DNA of 64,000 nt from an uncultured Clostridia bacterium (GCA_944390965.1 CALXRW010000001.1:19273-83272); one strand, 5' to 3'; positions 1 through 10,403 are shown, counted from the first letter of the stretch. Program-made: numbers and translations. The notes: generated from the letters alone by a model not told the origin.

Positions 1-1084
1 TTCTTCCTGTTCTTGAACTAAATTGATGTGATATATGAATTGCTGTATTCTTCGTTCTGTTAGTGGCAATTTCATTTGATTAGCATATTGGTATAATCCT
101 AAAATTGCCTTTTGATTTGCTTTTGGCATATAATTTTCATCTAATTTTCCTTCTTCTATTTGCTCTTTTAGTTTTAAAATATCTCCTGTTACATGAGCTG
201 GCTCTCCTGTGGAGCTATCTATAATACTAGAATCTTGATTGTCTAAATACTTCCTTCTTTGCAATAACTCATTAGAAACAAATAAACCTCCTATTATAAC
301 AGTAATTAGCAATAAGCATGAACCAGTCATTAATATTTTAGCAGGAATCTTCTTTTTTAAATAGAAAAAAGTTTCGCATAATATATAAAATATCATAACA
401 ATAATAAAACCTAATAGCCCTGTCCTTGTTCCTACAGTCATGGTTAAGAATATTCCAATTCCTACAATTGTTAAAGCTAATCCAACTAATATTCTTTTTC
501 TGGAAAATTTCCATATTAATGTCTTATCTTTTAACATAGGTAGGAGTATACATAAACTTAAAACTAAAATGGTACAAACACTATTTCCAGATTCAAACCA
601 ACCCTTTTCCCCTATTCCTTCTATATAAGTATGCGAAGATGTTCCTGTAAGAATAGCAATACCAATAGAAATTATATAAATCATACTTGCTATCCAAACA
701 TATTTTTTTAATTCATTGGCTTTTTCAGATATTTTAAATAGATACAGATATATAAATAAATTTAAAATCATAAAACTGTAATTTACAATATATTGAAGTT
801 CTCCAAGAACTGTTCCATATGAACTACCAGATATTTGCGTATTGTATAAAATAAGATGTACTATTCCATAAAGACCATAAATTACAGATACTAATATCAT
901 TTTCATTTTTAATTTATTTTTAAAAAAAATGACAATAACAGCAATAATTGGTATAATCGGCCTTACAAAAGTAGATGGTGAAATACTCGTTTGAAATACA
1001 TTTCGAAAAGTAAAACTAAAAATATCTAAAATTGGTAATATTGCTATAAAAATAAATAATAATTTTTCTAATTTAGAGTTTTTC
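1..1084 (-). CDS. Polytopic membrane protein, N-terminal portion only; the gene runs past the window start. An O-antigen ligase or polymerase role is a guess.
   Basis: Open minus-strand frame from ATG at 1082-1084 (MKNSKLEKLLFIFIAILPILDIF...) with no stop before position 1. It has more than 8 hydrophobic segments. It is absent from the ORF track because no stop lies in the window. It sits directly downstream of two GT2 genes. Confidence 0.45.
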
Positions 1085-2011
1085 ATTCTTTCTCCCATTT
1101 TTAAATTTCAATTTCGTTTTGATAATCCCTGGTATATACAATATAATAAATAATATTTTATTAATTACTTCTTTGGTTTCTTTTAGAGGTATTTTCTGTT
1201 TTGTTAAATAACTAAATAAAATCATATGTTTTATCACATATAGTCTTTTAGTAAATGGTGTGCCCTTCATGTTATGTAATTGTAATATTTCTTTAAAATA
1301 TTCATAATATCCATAAGGATTTTCTTGAAAAATCTTCAAAATATTTTTTGTATAGCCATCTTTTCTATATTCACATAACATGATTGCTTCATTAAAACAT
1401 TTTATTTTATATTTTAAATCCATTTCATGGTGTAGCCTTGCCTCTGTAGAAAATTTTTCTTTATGCTCTATTTTATAATGATACTTTTTTCTGATATTAG
1501 TAAAATAAACTAAAGCTTTTTCTCCATCCTCTCCTTCTTTAAAGTATAAGTCAAACATGGTTGTTTTGTTTTTTTGAAATTTTTCTCCTATATTTTTTAA
1601 ATCCTGATCAAATTTTAAAAAACATAAAGCGTATATGTCTTTTTCTTCTTTGCTCTCTTCAAATGCATTTTTAATAATAGAAATAGCATTGTCTGTTAAA
1701 ACATCGTCTGAATCACATTCTAATAATAAATCTCCTGTTACATATGCCATTCCAAAATTTAATGCTGCCATTTTCCCTTTGTTTTCCTGATATTGATAAA
1801 TAATGGGAAACGAAGATTCAAAAGTTTGAATCACCTCTTTAGTATGATCTGTTGAGCCATCATCTATTATAATCCATTCAATTTCATCATTTTCTATTAT
1901 ATTTTTTTTGATACTATTATATAAATTCTTTAATAATTCTGCACGATTATAAGTAGGAGTTATAATGGATAGTTTCATTTTATCACCCCTTAAATTGAAA
2001 CAAGAAAGCAT
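1073..2011 (-). CDS. Family 2 glycosyltransferase
   Basis: N-terminal IITPTYNRAELL...IIIDDGSTDHT GT-A fold signature and a DxD-like CDSDD motif. Confidence 0.8.
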   Translation of the reverse strand: MLSCFNLRGDKMKLSIITPTYNRAELLKNLYNSIKKNIIENDEIEWIIIDDGSTDHTKEVIQTFESSFPIIYQYQENKGKMAALNFGMAYVTGDLLLECDSDDVLTDNAISIIKNAFEESKEEKDIYALCFLKFDQDLKNIGEKFQKNKTTMFDLYFKEGEDGEKALVYFTNIRKKYHYKIEHKEKFSTEARLHHEMDLKYKIKCFNEAIMLCEYRKDGYTKNILKIFQENPYGYYEYFKEILQLHNMKGTPFTKRLYVIKHMILFSYLTKQKIPLKETKEVINKILFIILYIPGIIKTKLKFKNGRKNEKL

Positions 2012-2942
2012 AAATTGGAAATGTGAAATGATTTACTGTTTTCATATACTTATTTTTTGCACTTTTTTCTTTCCTTAAAATTTCATTTTTTTTCCAATTT
2101 GGAAAAGTTTTATTTAAAGACTCCCACGCAAGTTTTAACAATTCTTTTCTTGTTTTTTTATTTCTTATTTTTACCATTCTTAAAAAAGAGCTACATAGTA
2201 AATAACGAGTATATATATACTCTAATTCTACTTTATATTCTTCATATAATCCCATTTCTTTGTAATAAATTAATACATGCTCTAAGATATCTATTATTTC
2301 TTTTGTTCTCTCATTTTGAGAATTAGAAATAGAATTTTCTCTCTGAATATAATAGATAAATGGCTTTTTTACAAAAGCAACTTTTTCTATAAATGGAAGT
2401 AGTTTATAAAAGAATTCTACATCTTCATAACGATATCCTTTTGGGAATTCAATTTCTGCTTTTTCTAAAATTTCTCTTTTAATTAGCTTGTTCCATGCTA
2501 CTACTCTAGCTTGTACTAACATTTCTTTTTTATTATGGTAAATGCTTCCTATATCTTCTTTTGTTTTATTAGGATATACCCAATAAAAATCGCATTCTAC
2601 CATATCAGCATTTTCTTCTTTTGCCTTATTGTACATTGTTTCATACATCGCTAAATCTACATAATCATCAGAATCTAGAAAAGCAATATACTCTCCTGTT
2701 GCATGGGGAAGTCCAAAATTTCTGGCATCAGACAGTCCTCCATTTGTTTTTATTAAACTTTTTATTTTATTTGGATATCCTTTTTGATATTTATCAATAA
2801 TTTCCTGAGAATGATCTTTGGTTCCATCATTGACCACAATAATTTCGATTTCTTCTAATGTTTGTCCCACTAAGGAATCTAAACATTTTGCTAAATACTG
2901 TTCTACATTATACACTGGTACAATTACAGAAACCTTTGGCAT
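1983..2942 (-). CDS. Family 2 glycosyltransferase
   Basis: VSVIVPVYNVEQYL...IIVVNDGTKDHS and LDSDD motifs. The likely start is the internal ATG at 2940-2942 (MPKVSV), preceded by GGAGGG. Confidence 0.8.
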   Translation of the reverse strand: MPKVSVIVPVYNVEQYLAKCLDSLVGQTLEEIEIIVVNDGTKDHSQEIIDKYQKGYPNKIKSLIKTNGGLSDARNFGLPHATGEYIAFLDSDDYVDLAMYETMYNKAKEENADMVECDFYWVYPNKTKEDIGSIYHNKKEMLVQARVVAWNKLIKREILEKAEIEFPKGYRYEDVEFFYKLLPFIEKVAFVKKPFIYYIQRENSISNSQNERTKEIIDILEHVLIYYKEMGLYEEYKVELEYIYTRYLLCSSFLRMVKIRNKKTRKELLKLAWESLNKTFPNWKKNEILRKEKSAKNKYMKTVNHFTFPIYAFLFQFKG

Positions 2943-3163
2943 AATCTTCCCTCCCATTTTTGGTTTATTACGCATCTTCCAATTACTTTTACTGTTTTAT
3001 CTTACTATAAAACTAGATATTTTGCAACCTATCTTTTGTAGTAATTTTTTCTTTACATATACTATCAGAGGGACCAGAGATTTTGACAGTTATTGCACAA
3101 ATTTTAAAAATCAAAATCTGCTTATTTGCAATACTTCCAAAATCTTCGTTCCCTCTGATAGTG

Positions 3164-4225
3164 TTATTTTAATATTTCATTAATTTGTTCTGTTGTCATC
3201 ATTTCACTTGGTTCATCTTGTATCTGATATTTTTCTTTTAGCCTTAAAATTCTTTCCACACTTTTGTCAATTAATTTTTCATCTATCTTTCCTTGCTTTG
3301 CTTCTCGTAATAATTTTTGTATCTCTCTTTCTTTTTTTCTGTTATTTTTGCAAAGTAATAAGATATCATTCCCTGCCTGTATCGCTTCTTGCATAGGAAT
3401 TCCAAACACATGATAAAATACAAGTGATCTCATCATTAAATCATCTGTCATTACAATTCCATCATATTTTATTTTTTTTCTTACCAGATGTTGAATTGCC
3501 TTTTTAGAAATGGTAATAGGTTTATAATAATCTATATAATTAATTACCATATGTGAAGATAAAATTCCATCTACTCCTGCTTTCATAGCATCTTTAAATG
3601 GCTGTATATGTTTCATCATATTTTCTTTTTTCACATCAATTCTTGGAATTCTAAAATGACTATCTTTTTTGCTCATTCCATGTCCTGGAAAATGTTTTGC
3701 AATAGAAATAATACCTCCATCTTGCATTCCCTTTATTAATTGTACTCCCAGTTTAGATACTATCTTTTTGTTTTGGCTAATAGCCCTATCTCCTATAAAA
3801 TGATAATCATCTTCAGATGTTCTCAAATCCAAAACTGGTGCTAAATTCATATTCACACCTAAACTTTTTAAGGCTTTCCCTACTTTATATCCTTGCTCAT
3901 AAGCATAATTTTCATTGTTTTTTTCTCCTATTTTGCTTCCTAGCTGAAATCGATTAATCTCTTTTGGTAGGCGGTTTACTCTTCCTCCCTCTTGATCTAT
4001 ACTAATAAAAAGCGGGATATTTCCATTTTCACGATTTACTTGTTTTAATTTTTGTATTAATTCTTGCATTTGTTTAGTGTCATTAATATTTCTTTTAAAA
4101 AGAATAATTCCACCTACTTTATATTGCTTTATAAATTTAAGTGTATACTCATCTACATCATAACCATAAATGCCTATCATTAACATTTGTCCTATTTTCT
4201 CTTCTATGCTTAAATTTTTCTCCAT
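3164..4225 (-). CDS. Glycoside hydrolase family 3 (beta-N-acetylhexosaminidase, NagZ-like)
   Basis: KIGQMLMIGIYG and GGIILF motifs of the GH3 N-terminal domain, and KHFPGHG. The length is 353 aa. Confidence 0.75.
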   Translation of the reverse strand: MEKNLSIEEKIGQMLMIGIYGYDVDEYTLKFIKQYKVGGIILFKRNINDTKQMQELIQKLKQVNRENGNIPLFISIDQEGGRVNRLPKEINRFQLGSKIGEKNNENYAYEQGYKVGKALKSLGVNMNLAPVLDLRTSEDDYHFIGDRAISQNKKIVSKLGVQLIKGMQDGGIISIAKHFPGHGMSKKDSHFRIPRIDVKKENMMKHIQPFKDAMKAGVDGILSSHMVINYIDYYKPITISKKAIQHLVRKKIKYDGIVMTDDLMMRSLVFYHVFGIPMQEAIQAGNDILLLCKNNRKKEREIQKLLREAKQGKIDEKLIDKSVERILRLKEKYQIQDEPSEMMTTEQINEILK

Positions 4226-4402
4226 GAAAATCCCCTCTTTTCACGAAATTCTATTTTTAATTATTATACCATAAATGAATTCCTTTTTTCTATTTTATAT
4301 CATATAATATTAAGAATAAACAGTTCTATGTGTTTTTTATATATAAATTTTAGCCACATAGATTACTTTTGTTAAGAAATATGATATAATAGTAGTAAGA
4401 GG

Positions 4403-4936
4403 TTGATTAAATTGGGTAATACAAATGATTTACAAGAATTTCATAAACTCATTTCTAATTTTGAAAAAAATGAAACTATCTGTGAAATGAAACAATATAG
4501 GCATCATTATACTACAAATTGTTATGAGCATTGCACACATGTTGCCTTTTATACTTATTTGCTTTGTAAAAAATATCATTTAGATTATATTTCTGCTGTT
4601 CGTGCTGCTATGGTTCATGATTTATTCCTATATGATTGGAGAATAAAATCTGAAAAAAGTCCAAGGCTCCATGGCTTCAGGCACCCAAGGATTGCTTTAA
4701 ATAATGCAGAAAAACTTTTTGATTTAAGCCCAAAAGAAAAAGATATTATTTTGAAACATATGTGGCCAATTACTTTTTTTCTTCCTCGCTATAAAGAAAG
4801 TTATATTGTAAGTTTTGCAGATAAGATGGCTACAATGCAAGAAACAATTGATTATTACAAACATAATTTAAAAATACAAAAATTATATCGTTATGGGTAT
4901 GTATTTTTAAGTTTATTAATTTTTAGAATATTTTAA
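4403..4936 (+). CDS. HD-domain phosphohydrolase
   Basis: H...HD metal-binding pattern (HCTHVAFY ... MVHDLFLYDW). Confidence 0.55.
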   Translation: MIKLGNTNDLQEFHKLISNFEKNETICEMKQYRHHYTTNCYEHCTHVAFYTYLLCKKYHLDYISAVRAAMVHDLFLYDWRIKSEKSPRLHGFRHPRIALNNAEKLFDLSPKEKDIILKHMWPITFFLPRYKESYIVSFADKMATMQETIDYYKHNLKIQKLYRYGYVFLSLLIFRIF

Positions 4937-4967
4937 ACATCTCTTTTAAATAAGAGATGTTTTTCTA

Positions 4968-5387
4968 TTAAAAAATATTTCTCCATTTTAGAGCTTCTTT
5001 TTCTTTTATATGTCCTACTAAAAAAATCGTTTTATCTATTTCTTCTAACCCTCCATCTAAATTTTGTGTTTGAATACAGGATTTTACTTCTAATATAGAC
5101 ATTTCTATCATATCTAATTCTTCATGAAGAATTACAGTAGACCATATTTTATTAATTTCTTTCCACTCTTCTTCTATTTCATTTGCTAATTGATTAATCG
5201 TTTCCATTGATTTTTGCTCTTGTTTTGTTATCCATATATCTGTTTTTAAATTTTCCAATTTCCCACATAACATATTACTTGAATAGATTAAATAATTTTG
5301 TATTCCTATTCCAGAAGCAATGATAATGATTAATATCATTACCATAATAATTATCTCCTTCATTTCGCATTTCCTTTCTTTTGGCAA
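4968..5387 (-). CDS. DUF4363-like small membrane-anchored protein, usually paired with DUF421
   Basis: N-terminal TM segment, about 130 aa, and it overlaps the upstream DUF421 gene as in conserved pairs. Confidence 0.45.
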   Translation of the reverse strand: MPKERKCEMKEIIIMVMILIIIIASGIGIQNYLIYSSNMLCGKLENLKTDIWITKQEQKSMETINQLANEIEEEWKEINKIWSTVILHEELDMIEMSILEVKSCIQTQNLDGGLEEIDKTIFLVGHIKEKEALKWRNIF

Positions 5388-6037
5388 AAAATTTGCCCTT
5401 TTCCATCAAATGTTACCAATAATGCTTCTTCTGGTTTCATCCCAAATTTTCCCACTTGTTTTTTTAACCAAATATAATCTTTTCCAATGGTTTTTAAATT
5501 TTCTTCCATAATTTTCCCATCGACAACTAAATCATAAGGTATTCCTTCATATTCAGGAATAATATTAAAATCTGATGGTTGTGTATTTCTTTTATCTGGT
5601 TTTTGAATTACCGTTACTTGTCCACTTGTTTCTAATATTGCGTATTCTACATCTCCTATATGAAAAACATTATTAATTCTTAATCTTTCTTGTAATTCAT
5701 TAATGGTAAATTTTTCTCTTTTTAATGCCTTTTCATCAATTTTTCCACGATAGATTAATATTGATGGTCTTCCACAGATAAATTCTCTTATTCTTATACT
5801 TTTTAAATTAATAAGAGAAATCCCAAGGTGTAAAAAAAGTAGTGCTAATATCGGTACAATTCCACTGGTAATAGGAATTCCAATATCAGCCATGGGAACA
5901 GAAGCTAAATCTGCTATCATAATGGCAATGGCTAATTCAAATGGCTGTAATTGTCCAATTTCTCTTTTTCCCATTAATCTCATAGTTAGCAATACTAATA
6001 TGTATAATATTACCACTCTAATAAATGTAATAATCAT
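5360..6037 (-). CDS. DUF421 (YetF/YdfS family) membrane protein
   Basis: MIITFIRVVILYILVLLTMRLMGKREIGQLQPFELAIAIMIADLA is the typical DUF421 N-terminus. The start was chosen at the internal ATG at 6035-6037, which has GAGGAAG upstream. Confidence 0.75.
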   Translation of the reverse strand: MIITFIRVVILYILVLLTMRLMGKREIGQLQPFELAIAIMIADLASVPMADIGIPITSGIVPILALLFLHLGISLINLKSIRIREFICGRPSILIYRGKIDEKALKREKFTINELQERLRINNVFHIGDVEYAILETSGQVTVIQKPDKRNTQPSDFNIIPEYEGIPYDLVVDGKIMEENLKTIGKDYIWLKKQVGKFGMKPEEALLVTFDGKGQIFCQKKGNAK

Positions 6038-6207
6038 TTTTTTCTTCCTCTTCTTTTCATTTTCTTCGTATATTTTTTGCAAAATTTCTAAAAATATACT
6101 TGAATGTTTTTGTATATATTTTTTCAAAATGTTAATAATATTTGTATCAAAGCGAAAAAAGCTCAAAATTAAATATATATATTTAAGAGATTGGAGGTTT
6201 TAACACT

Positions 6208-6585
6208 ATGAATGATAATCAAACAAATACAAGAAGTCAGAACACAACAAGTACTGTTTGGCAAATCGTTGGAAGACTTATAGTAGCAGCTATTGTTCTT
6301 GCTATCACCGCATTCTTTACACCTGGATTTCATATTAATAATATCTGGGCATTAGGATTAGCTGCTATTGTTCTTACCGTTATGGATTATTTAATTGTAA
6401 AATTTACAGGTCTTCATGCTAGTCCATTTGGTAAAGGCTTTGTAGGTTTTGTATTAGCTGCTATTATACTTTATGTCACACAATACTTTGTAGCAGGTTA
6501 TACAATATCTTGGATTGCGGCTATCATTGGTGCCTTAGTATATGGTATTGTTGACTACATTATTCCTGGTGAACAGCAAATGTAG
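6208..6585 (+). CDS. Phage-holin-4_2 / DUF360 (YvlD-like) small membrane protein
   Basis: 4-TM, 125-aa protein with the sequence IVGRLIVAAIVLAITAFFTPGF. Confidence 0.55.
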   Translation: MNDNQTNTRSQNTTSTVWQIVGRLIVAAIVLAITAFFTPGFHINNIWALGLAAIVLTVMDYLIVKFTGLHASPFGKGFVGFVLAAIILYVTQYFVAGYTISWIAAIIGALVYGIVDYIIPGEQQM

Positions 6586-6598
6586 CAAGAAAAATAAG

Positions 6599-6634
6599 GA
6601 GTCGATTTCTATTGAGATTTCGACTTCTTTTTAG
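6599..6634 (+). terminator. Weak intrinsic terminator after the holin-like gene
   Basis: 6-7 bp GC stem (gagtcga...tcgact) followed by a T-run (cttcttttt). Confidence 0.35.
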
Positions 6635-6637
6635 AAT

Positions 6638-6750
6638 ATCCGGCTAATGACCTTATATTTTGAAATAAAAGCTCGAACAGCCTTCCGCTGCCGAATTACT
6701 CCTTGAACCTTGAGAGTTTTATTGAAAAATATAAGGTCATCAGCCGGATA
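6638..6750. repeat. Palindrome-embedded conserved 57-nt core element, copy A. It is a candidate structured RNA or miniature insertion.
   Basis: A 24-bp inverted repeat (atccggctaatgaccttatatttt / aaaatataaggtcatcagccggat) encloses the core aaagctcgaacagccttccgctgccgaattactccttgaaccttgagagtttt. The same core recurs at 22853-22909 and 54267-54323. Confidence 0.6.
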
Positions 6751-6835
6751 GTTTAAAAAGAAAAATCTTATTTTTTTCTTCTATTTACTTTATATTTTTT
6801 TCATATATTGGTATACTATCTACGAGGTGAATTTT

Positions 6836-9457
6836 ATGACACAAAATCCAATAAAAGAAGATATCGAGATTGAAAAAATTTATGGTGAAAATTGTGTTTT
6901 AGATACAGATACTTTTTTACATAAAAATCATTTTTCAGCTGAAGGACTATCTAATAAACAAGCTCAAGAAAAACTTAAAGCCTATGGACCTAATTTAATT
7001 AAAAGAGCAAAACCGCCAAAATGGTATCACTATTTTTTTAAAAGTTTGTTTAGCCCCTTTAATAGTATTTTAATGGGAATTATTGCTGTATTAATCTATA
7101 CTGATATCATTCTGCCTCCAGAACCAAGTTATGCTAATATTACTGTAATTGCTATTTTAATTATTGTAAGTTCTTTGCTTGAATTTTTTGAAGAATATCG
7201 TTCCAATAAAGCAGCAGAAAAATTAAAAGAATTGGTTGCTACTACATCTACAGTTAAAAGAGGAAAAGATTTTATTAAAGTTCCTATGGAGCAAATTACT
7301 GTGGGAGATTTGGTATCTCTATCTGCTGGTGATTTAATTCCTGCTGATTTGAGAATTATAGAATCTAAAGATTTATATGTTAGTCAGTCCTCCCTTACTG
7401 GTGAATCTGATTCTGTAAAAAAAATAGCTAATTCAGAAATTAAGAATATAGAAGATATTGATTCTATTTCAGATTTGGATACACTTTGTTTTACTGGTAG
7501 CAATGTTGTAAGTGGATATGCCAAGGGAATCGTAATTAAAGTGGGAGACGATACCTATTTAGGGAAAATTGCTCATACTTTATCACAAGGAAAACCTGAT
7601 ACAGCTTTTCAAAAAGGTATTAAAAGTGTAAGTAAATTACTAATTCGTTTTATGCTAATTATTATTCCCCTTACTTTTTTAGTAAATGCATGGAAACACA
7701 ATACTTTAACAGCTTTTACATTTGCCGTAGCTATTGCAATTGGAATTACGCCTTTGCTACTTCCTGTTATTCTTTCTTCTAGTTTGGCAAAAGGTGCTGT
7801 TCGTATGTCTAAAAAGAAAACCATTGTTAAAAAATTAGATTCAGTTCAAAGTTTTGGTAGTATGAATATTTTATGTACAGATAAAACAGGTACTTTAACA
7901 GAAGATAAAATTGTACTAGAAAAATACTTAGATATTGATGGAAATGAAGATATTCATGTCTTAGGAGATGCTTATTTAAATGCTTATTTTCAATCTGGTT
8001 TAAAAGCTAATATTGATACAGCAGTTATTCAAAGAGCTGAAAAAGAAAATATTACTTCTCTAAAAGAAGAATATGAAAAACTAGATGAAATTCCTTTTGA
8101 TTTTTCAAGAAGAAGACTTTCTGTTGTTGTAAAGCACGATAACGATACCTTTTTAATTACCAAAGGAGCTGTAGAAGAAATTTTAAATATCTGTTCTTTT
8201 GCGGAAAAAAATAATGTTGTAGATTCTATTACAAATCATATGAAAGAAAATATTTTAAAAATTACCAAAAAATTAAATGAGGAAGGCTTACGAGTTGTTG
8301 CAGTATGTAAAAAGAAAAATATTGATTTGTCTCATCCTTTAAGTGTAAAAGATGAGAGCCAAATGACATTAACAGGCTTTATAGGTTTTTTAGACCCTCC
8401 TAAAGAAAGTGCAAAAGAAGCAATTGAAAAGCTAAATCACTATGGTATTCGTGTTATGGTTTTAACAGGAGACAATGCTGAAGTCACAAAATCTGTATGT
8501 GATAAGGTAGGTATTTATTCTTCTAAAATTGTATTAGGAAACCAAATTGATAGATTGTCTGATACTGCAGTTTATCGTTTAACAAAAAAAGTAAATATTT
8601 TTGCTAAACTTTCTCCTATACAAAAAGCTAGAATCGTAAGAATTCTAAAACAGTCTGAAAACACCGTAGGCTACATGGGTGATGGTATTAATGATAGTCC
8701 ATCTTTAGTAAATTCTGATGTTGGTATTTCAGTAGATTCTGCTGTAGACATTGCCAAAGAAACTGCTGATATTATATTATTAGAAAAAGATTTAAAAGTT
8801 CTTTTAGATGGTGTTGTAGAAGGTAGAAAGACATTTGCTAATTTATTGAAATATATTAAAATGGCTGTTAGCTTTAATTTTGGTGAAGTATTATCTGTTC
8901 TGATTGCTAGTATTTTTCTACCATTTTTGCCAATTACACCAATCCAATTATTAGTACAAAGTTTATTATATGATCTTGGTCAATTGACTTTGCCATTTGA
9001 TAATGTTGACCCTGAATATTTAGCAAAACCTACTAGATGGAATATGAAAAGTATTAAACATTTCATGTTTGCTATGGGACCAGTTAGTTCTATTTTCGAT
9101 TTAATTGTATTTGCTTCTTTATGGTTTGGATTTGGTTTGAGAGAAAATGATGTCGCTTTATTCCAAACAATATGGTTCTCTTATGGTATTGTTTCTAATC
9201 TAGTGGGGCTCCATATTATTAGAACTGCCAAAATTCCATTTTTCCAAAGCAATGCATCAAAAATGGTATACGCTTCCTCAGCTTTACTTAGCATTATAGC
9301 TATTATTGTTCCTTACACTTGGCTTGGAAAAACAATTGGTTTAGTTCCTTTAAATTTAACCTATATTGGATTTATTTTACTAATTCCTATTATTTACTGT
9401 TTTGTTGCTTTACTTGCAAAGAAAGATTATATTAAAGTTTATAAAGAATGGATATAG
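6836..9457 (+). CDS. mgtA: Magnesium-translocating P-type ATPase
   Basis: CTDKTGTLT phosphorylation motif, MGDGINDSP, TGES and about 10 TM segments. The length is 874 aa. ATG at 6836 is preceded by GAGGTGA. Confidence 0.9.
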   Translation: MTQNPIKEDIEIEKIYGENCVLDTDTFLHKNHFSAEGLSNKQAQEKLKAYGPNLIKRAKPPKWYHYFFKSLFSPFNSILMGIIAVLIYTDIILPPEPSYANITVIAILIIVSSLLEFFEEYRSNKAAEKLKELVATTSTVKRGKDFIKVPMEQITVGDLVSLSAGDLIPADLRIIESKDLYVSQSSLTGESDSVKKIANSEIKNIEDIDSISDLDTLCFTGSNVVSGYAKGIVIKVGDDTYLGKIAHTLSQGKPDTAFQKGIKSVSKLLIRFMLIIIPLTFLVNAWKHNTLTAFTFAVAIAIGITPLLLPVILSSSLAKGAVRMSKKKTIVKKLDSVQSFGSMNILCTDKTGTLTEDKIVLEKYLDIDGNEDIHVLGDAYLNAYFQSGLKANIDTAVIQRAEKENITSLKEEYEKLDEIPFDFSRRRLSVVVKHDNDTFLITKGAVEEILNICSFAEKNNVVDSITNHMKENILKITKKLNEEGLRVVAVCKKKNIDLSHPLSVKDESQMTLTGFIGFLDPPKESAKEAIEKLNHYGIRVMVLTGDNAEVTKSVCDKVGIYSSKIVLGNQIDRLSDTAVYRLTKKVNIFAKLSPIQKARIVRILKQSENTVGYMGDGINDSPSLVNSDVGISVDSAVDIAKETADIILLEKDLKVLLDGVVEGRKTFANLLKYIKMAVSFNFGEVLSVLIASIFLPFLPITPIQLLVQSLLYDLGQLTLPFDNVDPEYLAKPTRWNMKSIKHFMFAMGPVSSIFDLIVFASLWFGFGLRENDVALFQTIWFSYGIVSNLVGLHIIRTAKIPFFQSNASKMVYASSALLSIIAIIVPYTWLGKTIGLVPLNLTYIGFILLIPIIYCFVALLAKKDYIKVYKEWI

Positions 9458-9503
9458 GAAACTTAACCTTGTTGCTCCAGAAAAATTTAGCAATTTTTCT
9501 TTT

Positions 9504-9530
9504 CAAAATATAAGGTCATTAGACGGATAT
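9504..9530. repeat. Solo copy of the copy-A right arm
   Basis: caaaatataaggtcattagacggata matches aaaatataaggtcatcagccggata from 6726-6750. No core is attached. Confidence 0.4.
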
Positions 9531-9582
9531 TGCGAAACTTTGAAGTTTCAAATAGTTTCCTATGTAACAACATAAAAGCTGG

Positions 9583-9620
9583 CTTGTGCTATAGCACAAG
9601 CCAGCTTTTATGTTATTCTA
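9583..9620. terminator. Bidirectional intrinsic terminator between convergent genes
   Basis: Perfect 15-bp hairpin aaaagctggcttgtgctatagcacaagccagctttt with A/T runs on both sides. Confidence 0.7.
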
Positions 9621-9621
9621 T

Positions 9622-10332
9622 TTATTTTAACTCTGTTCTAGCATTATCTTCATAAGTTAATTCTACTTTTTGGTATACTCTTTTTTCTGCTGGAATAAAT
9701 CCTCTTACAGATGTCAATGGGTATATCCAAGTATATGGTCCTATAAATGTCCCTGGTAGTGTTGCAGAATTTGCTCCAATCCTTGCATAATCTCCTATAA
9801 TCACTCCAAAGAAATCATTTCCTGTATCTATATTTTCAACTCCCTTTTTGATTTTAATATTTTTCTGGTCAAATCTTCTATTAGCTGTAATCACACCAGA
9901 ACCAATTCTTGCACTCTTTCCTAATACACTATCTCCTACAAAAGCAAGACTTGCAATTTTCGCACCATTTTGAATAATGCTATTTTTTACTTCTGAATTA
10001 AAACCAATTACACAATTGTCACCTGTAATCGTTCCTGGTCTTACATAAGCTCCTGGCATAATTTTGCAATTTTTCCCAATCCAAACAGGTCCTTCTATGG
10101 TAGCACCTGCATATATTTTAGTTCCTTCATCAATAAAATAATTTCCTATAAAGTTAACTTCTCCTAATAAAGTTCCTTTATTCTCTTTTATTCCCTTTTC
10201 TACAACATTCTTTTGTAAATAGGCATTTGCTGTATCATGTAACTCCCAAATGTTTTGAATCCCATTTGTTAATTCTTTGAAAATCTCGTTGTCCTCATAA
10301 TGGTTAAAATAATAATTTAAATCTAAATTCAT
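9622..10332 (-). CDS. Hexapeptide-repeat (left-handed beta-helix) acyltransferase-family protein
   Basis: Repeated [LIV]G..x..I hexapeptides (KIMPGAYVRPGTITGDNCVIGFNSEVKNSIIQNGAKIASLAFVGDSVLGKSARIGSGVI). Confidence 0.5.
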   Translation of the reverse strand: MNLDLNYYFNHYEDNEIFKELTNGIQNIWELHDTANAYLQKNVVEKGIKENKGTLLGEVNFIGNYFIDEGTKIYAGATIEGPVWIGKNCKIMPGAYVRPGTITGDNCVIGFNSEVKNSIIQNGAKIASLAFVGDSVLGKSARIGSGVITANRRFDQKNIKIKKGVENIDTGNDFFGVIIGDYARIGANSATLPGTFIGPYTWIYPLTSVRGFIPAEKRVYQKVELTYEDNARTELK

Positions 10333-10366
10333 TTTCTTACTCCTTTTTTATGTATTTTTCGTAATT

Positions 10367-10403
10367 TCTTCGAAGAGCGGGCGATTAAAATCGCCCCTAC
10401 ATT
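10367..10403. repeat. REP-like unit (GC hairpin followed by CCTACA)
   Basis: cttcgaagagcgggcgattaaaatcgcccctacattt. Near-identical units lie at 24847, 35455, 43762 and 51136. Confidence 0.7.

Noticed and set aside
6586-6835. M-box magnesium riboswitch in the mgtA leader
   Set aside because: The structured segment is the multi-copy conserved-core element, also present at two unrelated loci. No M-box consensus segments were recognised by eye.
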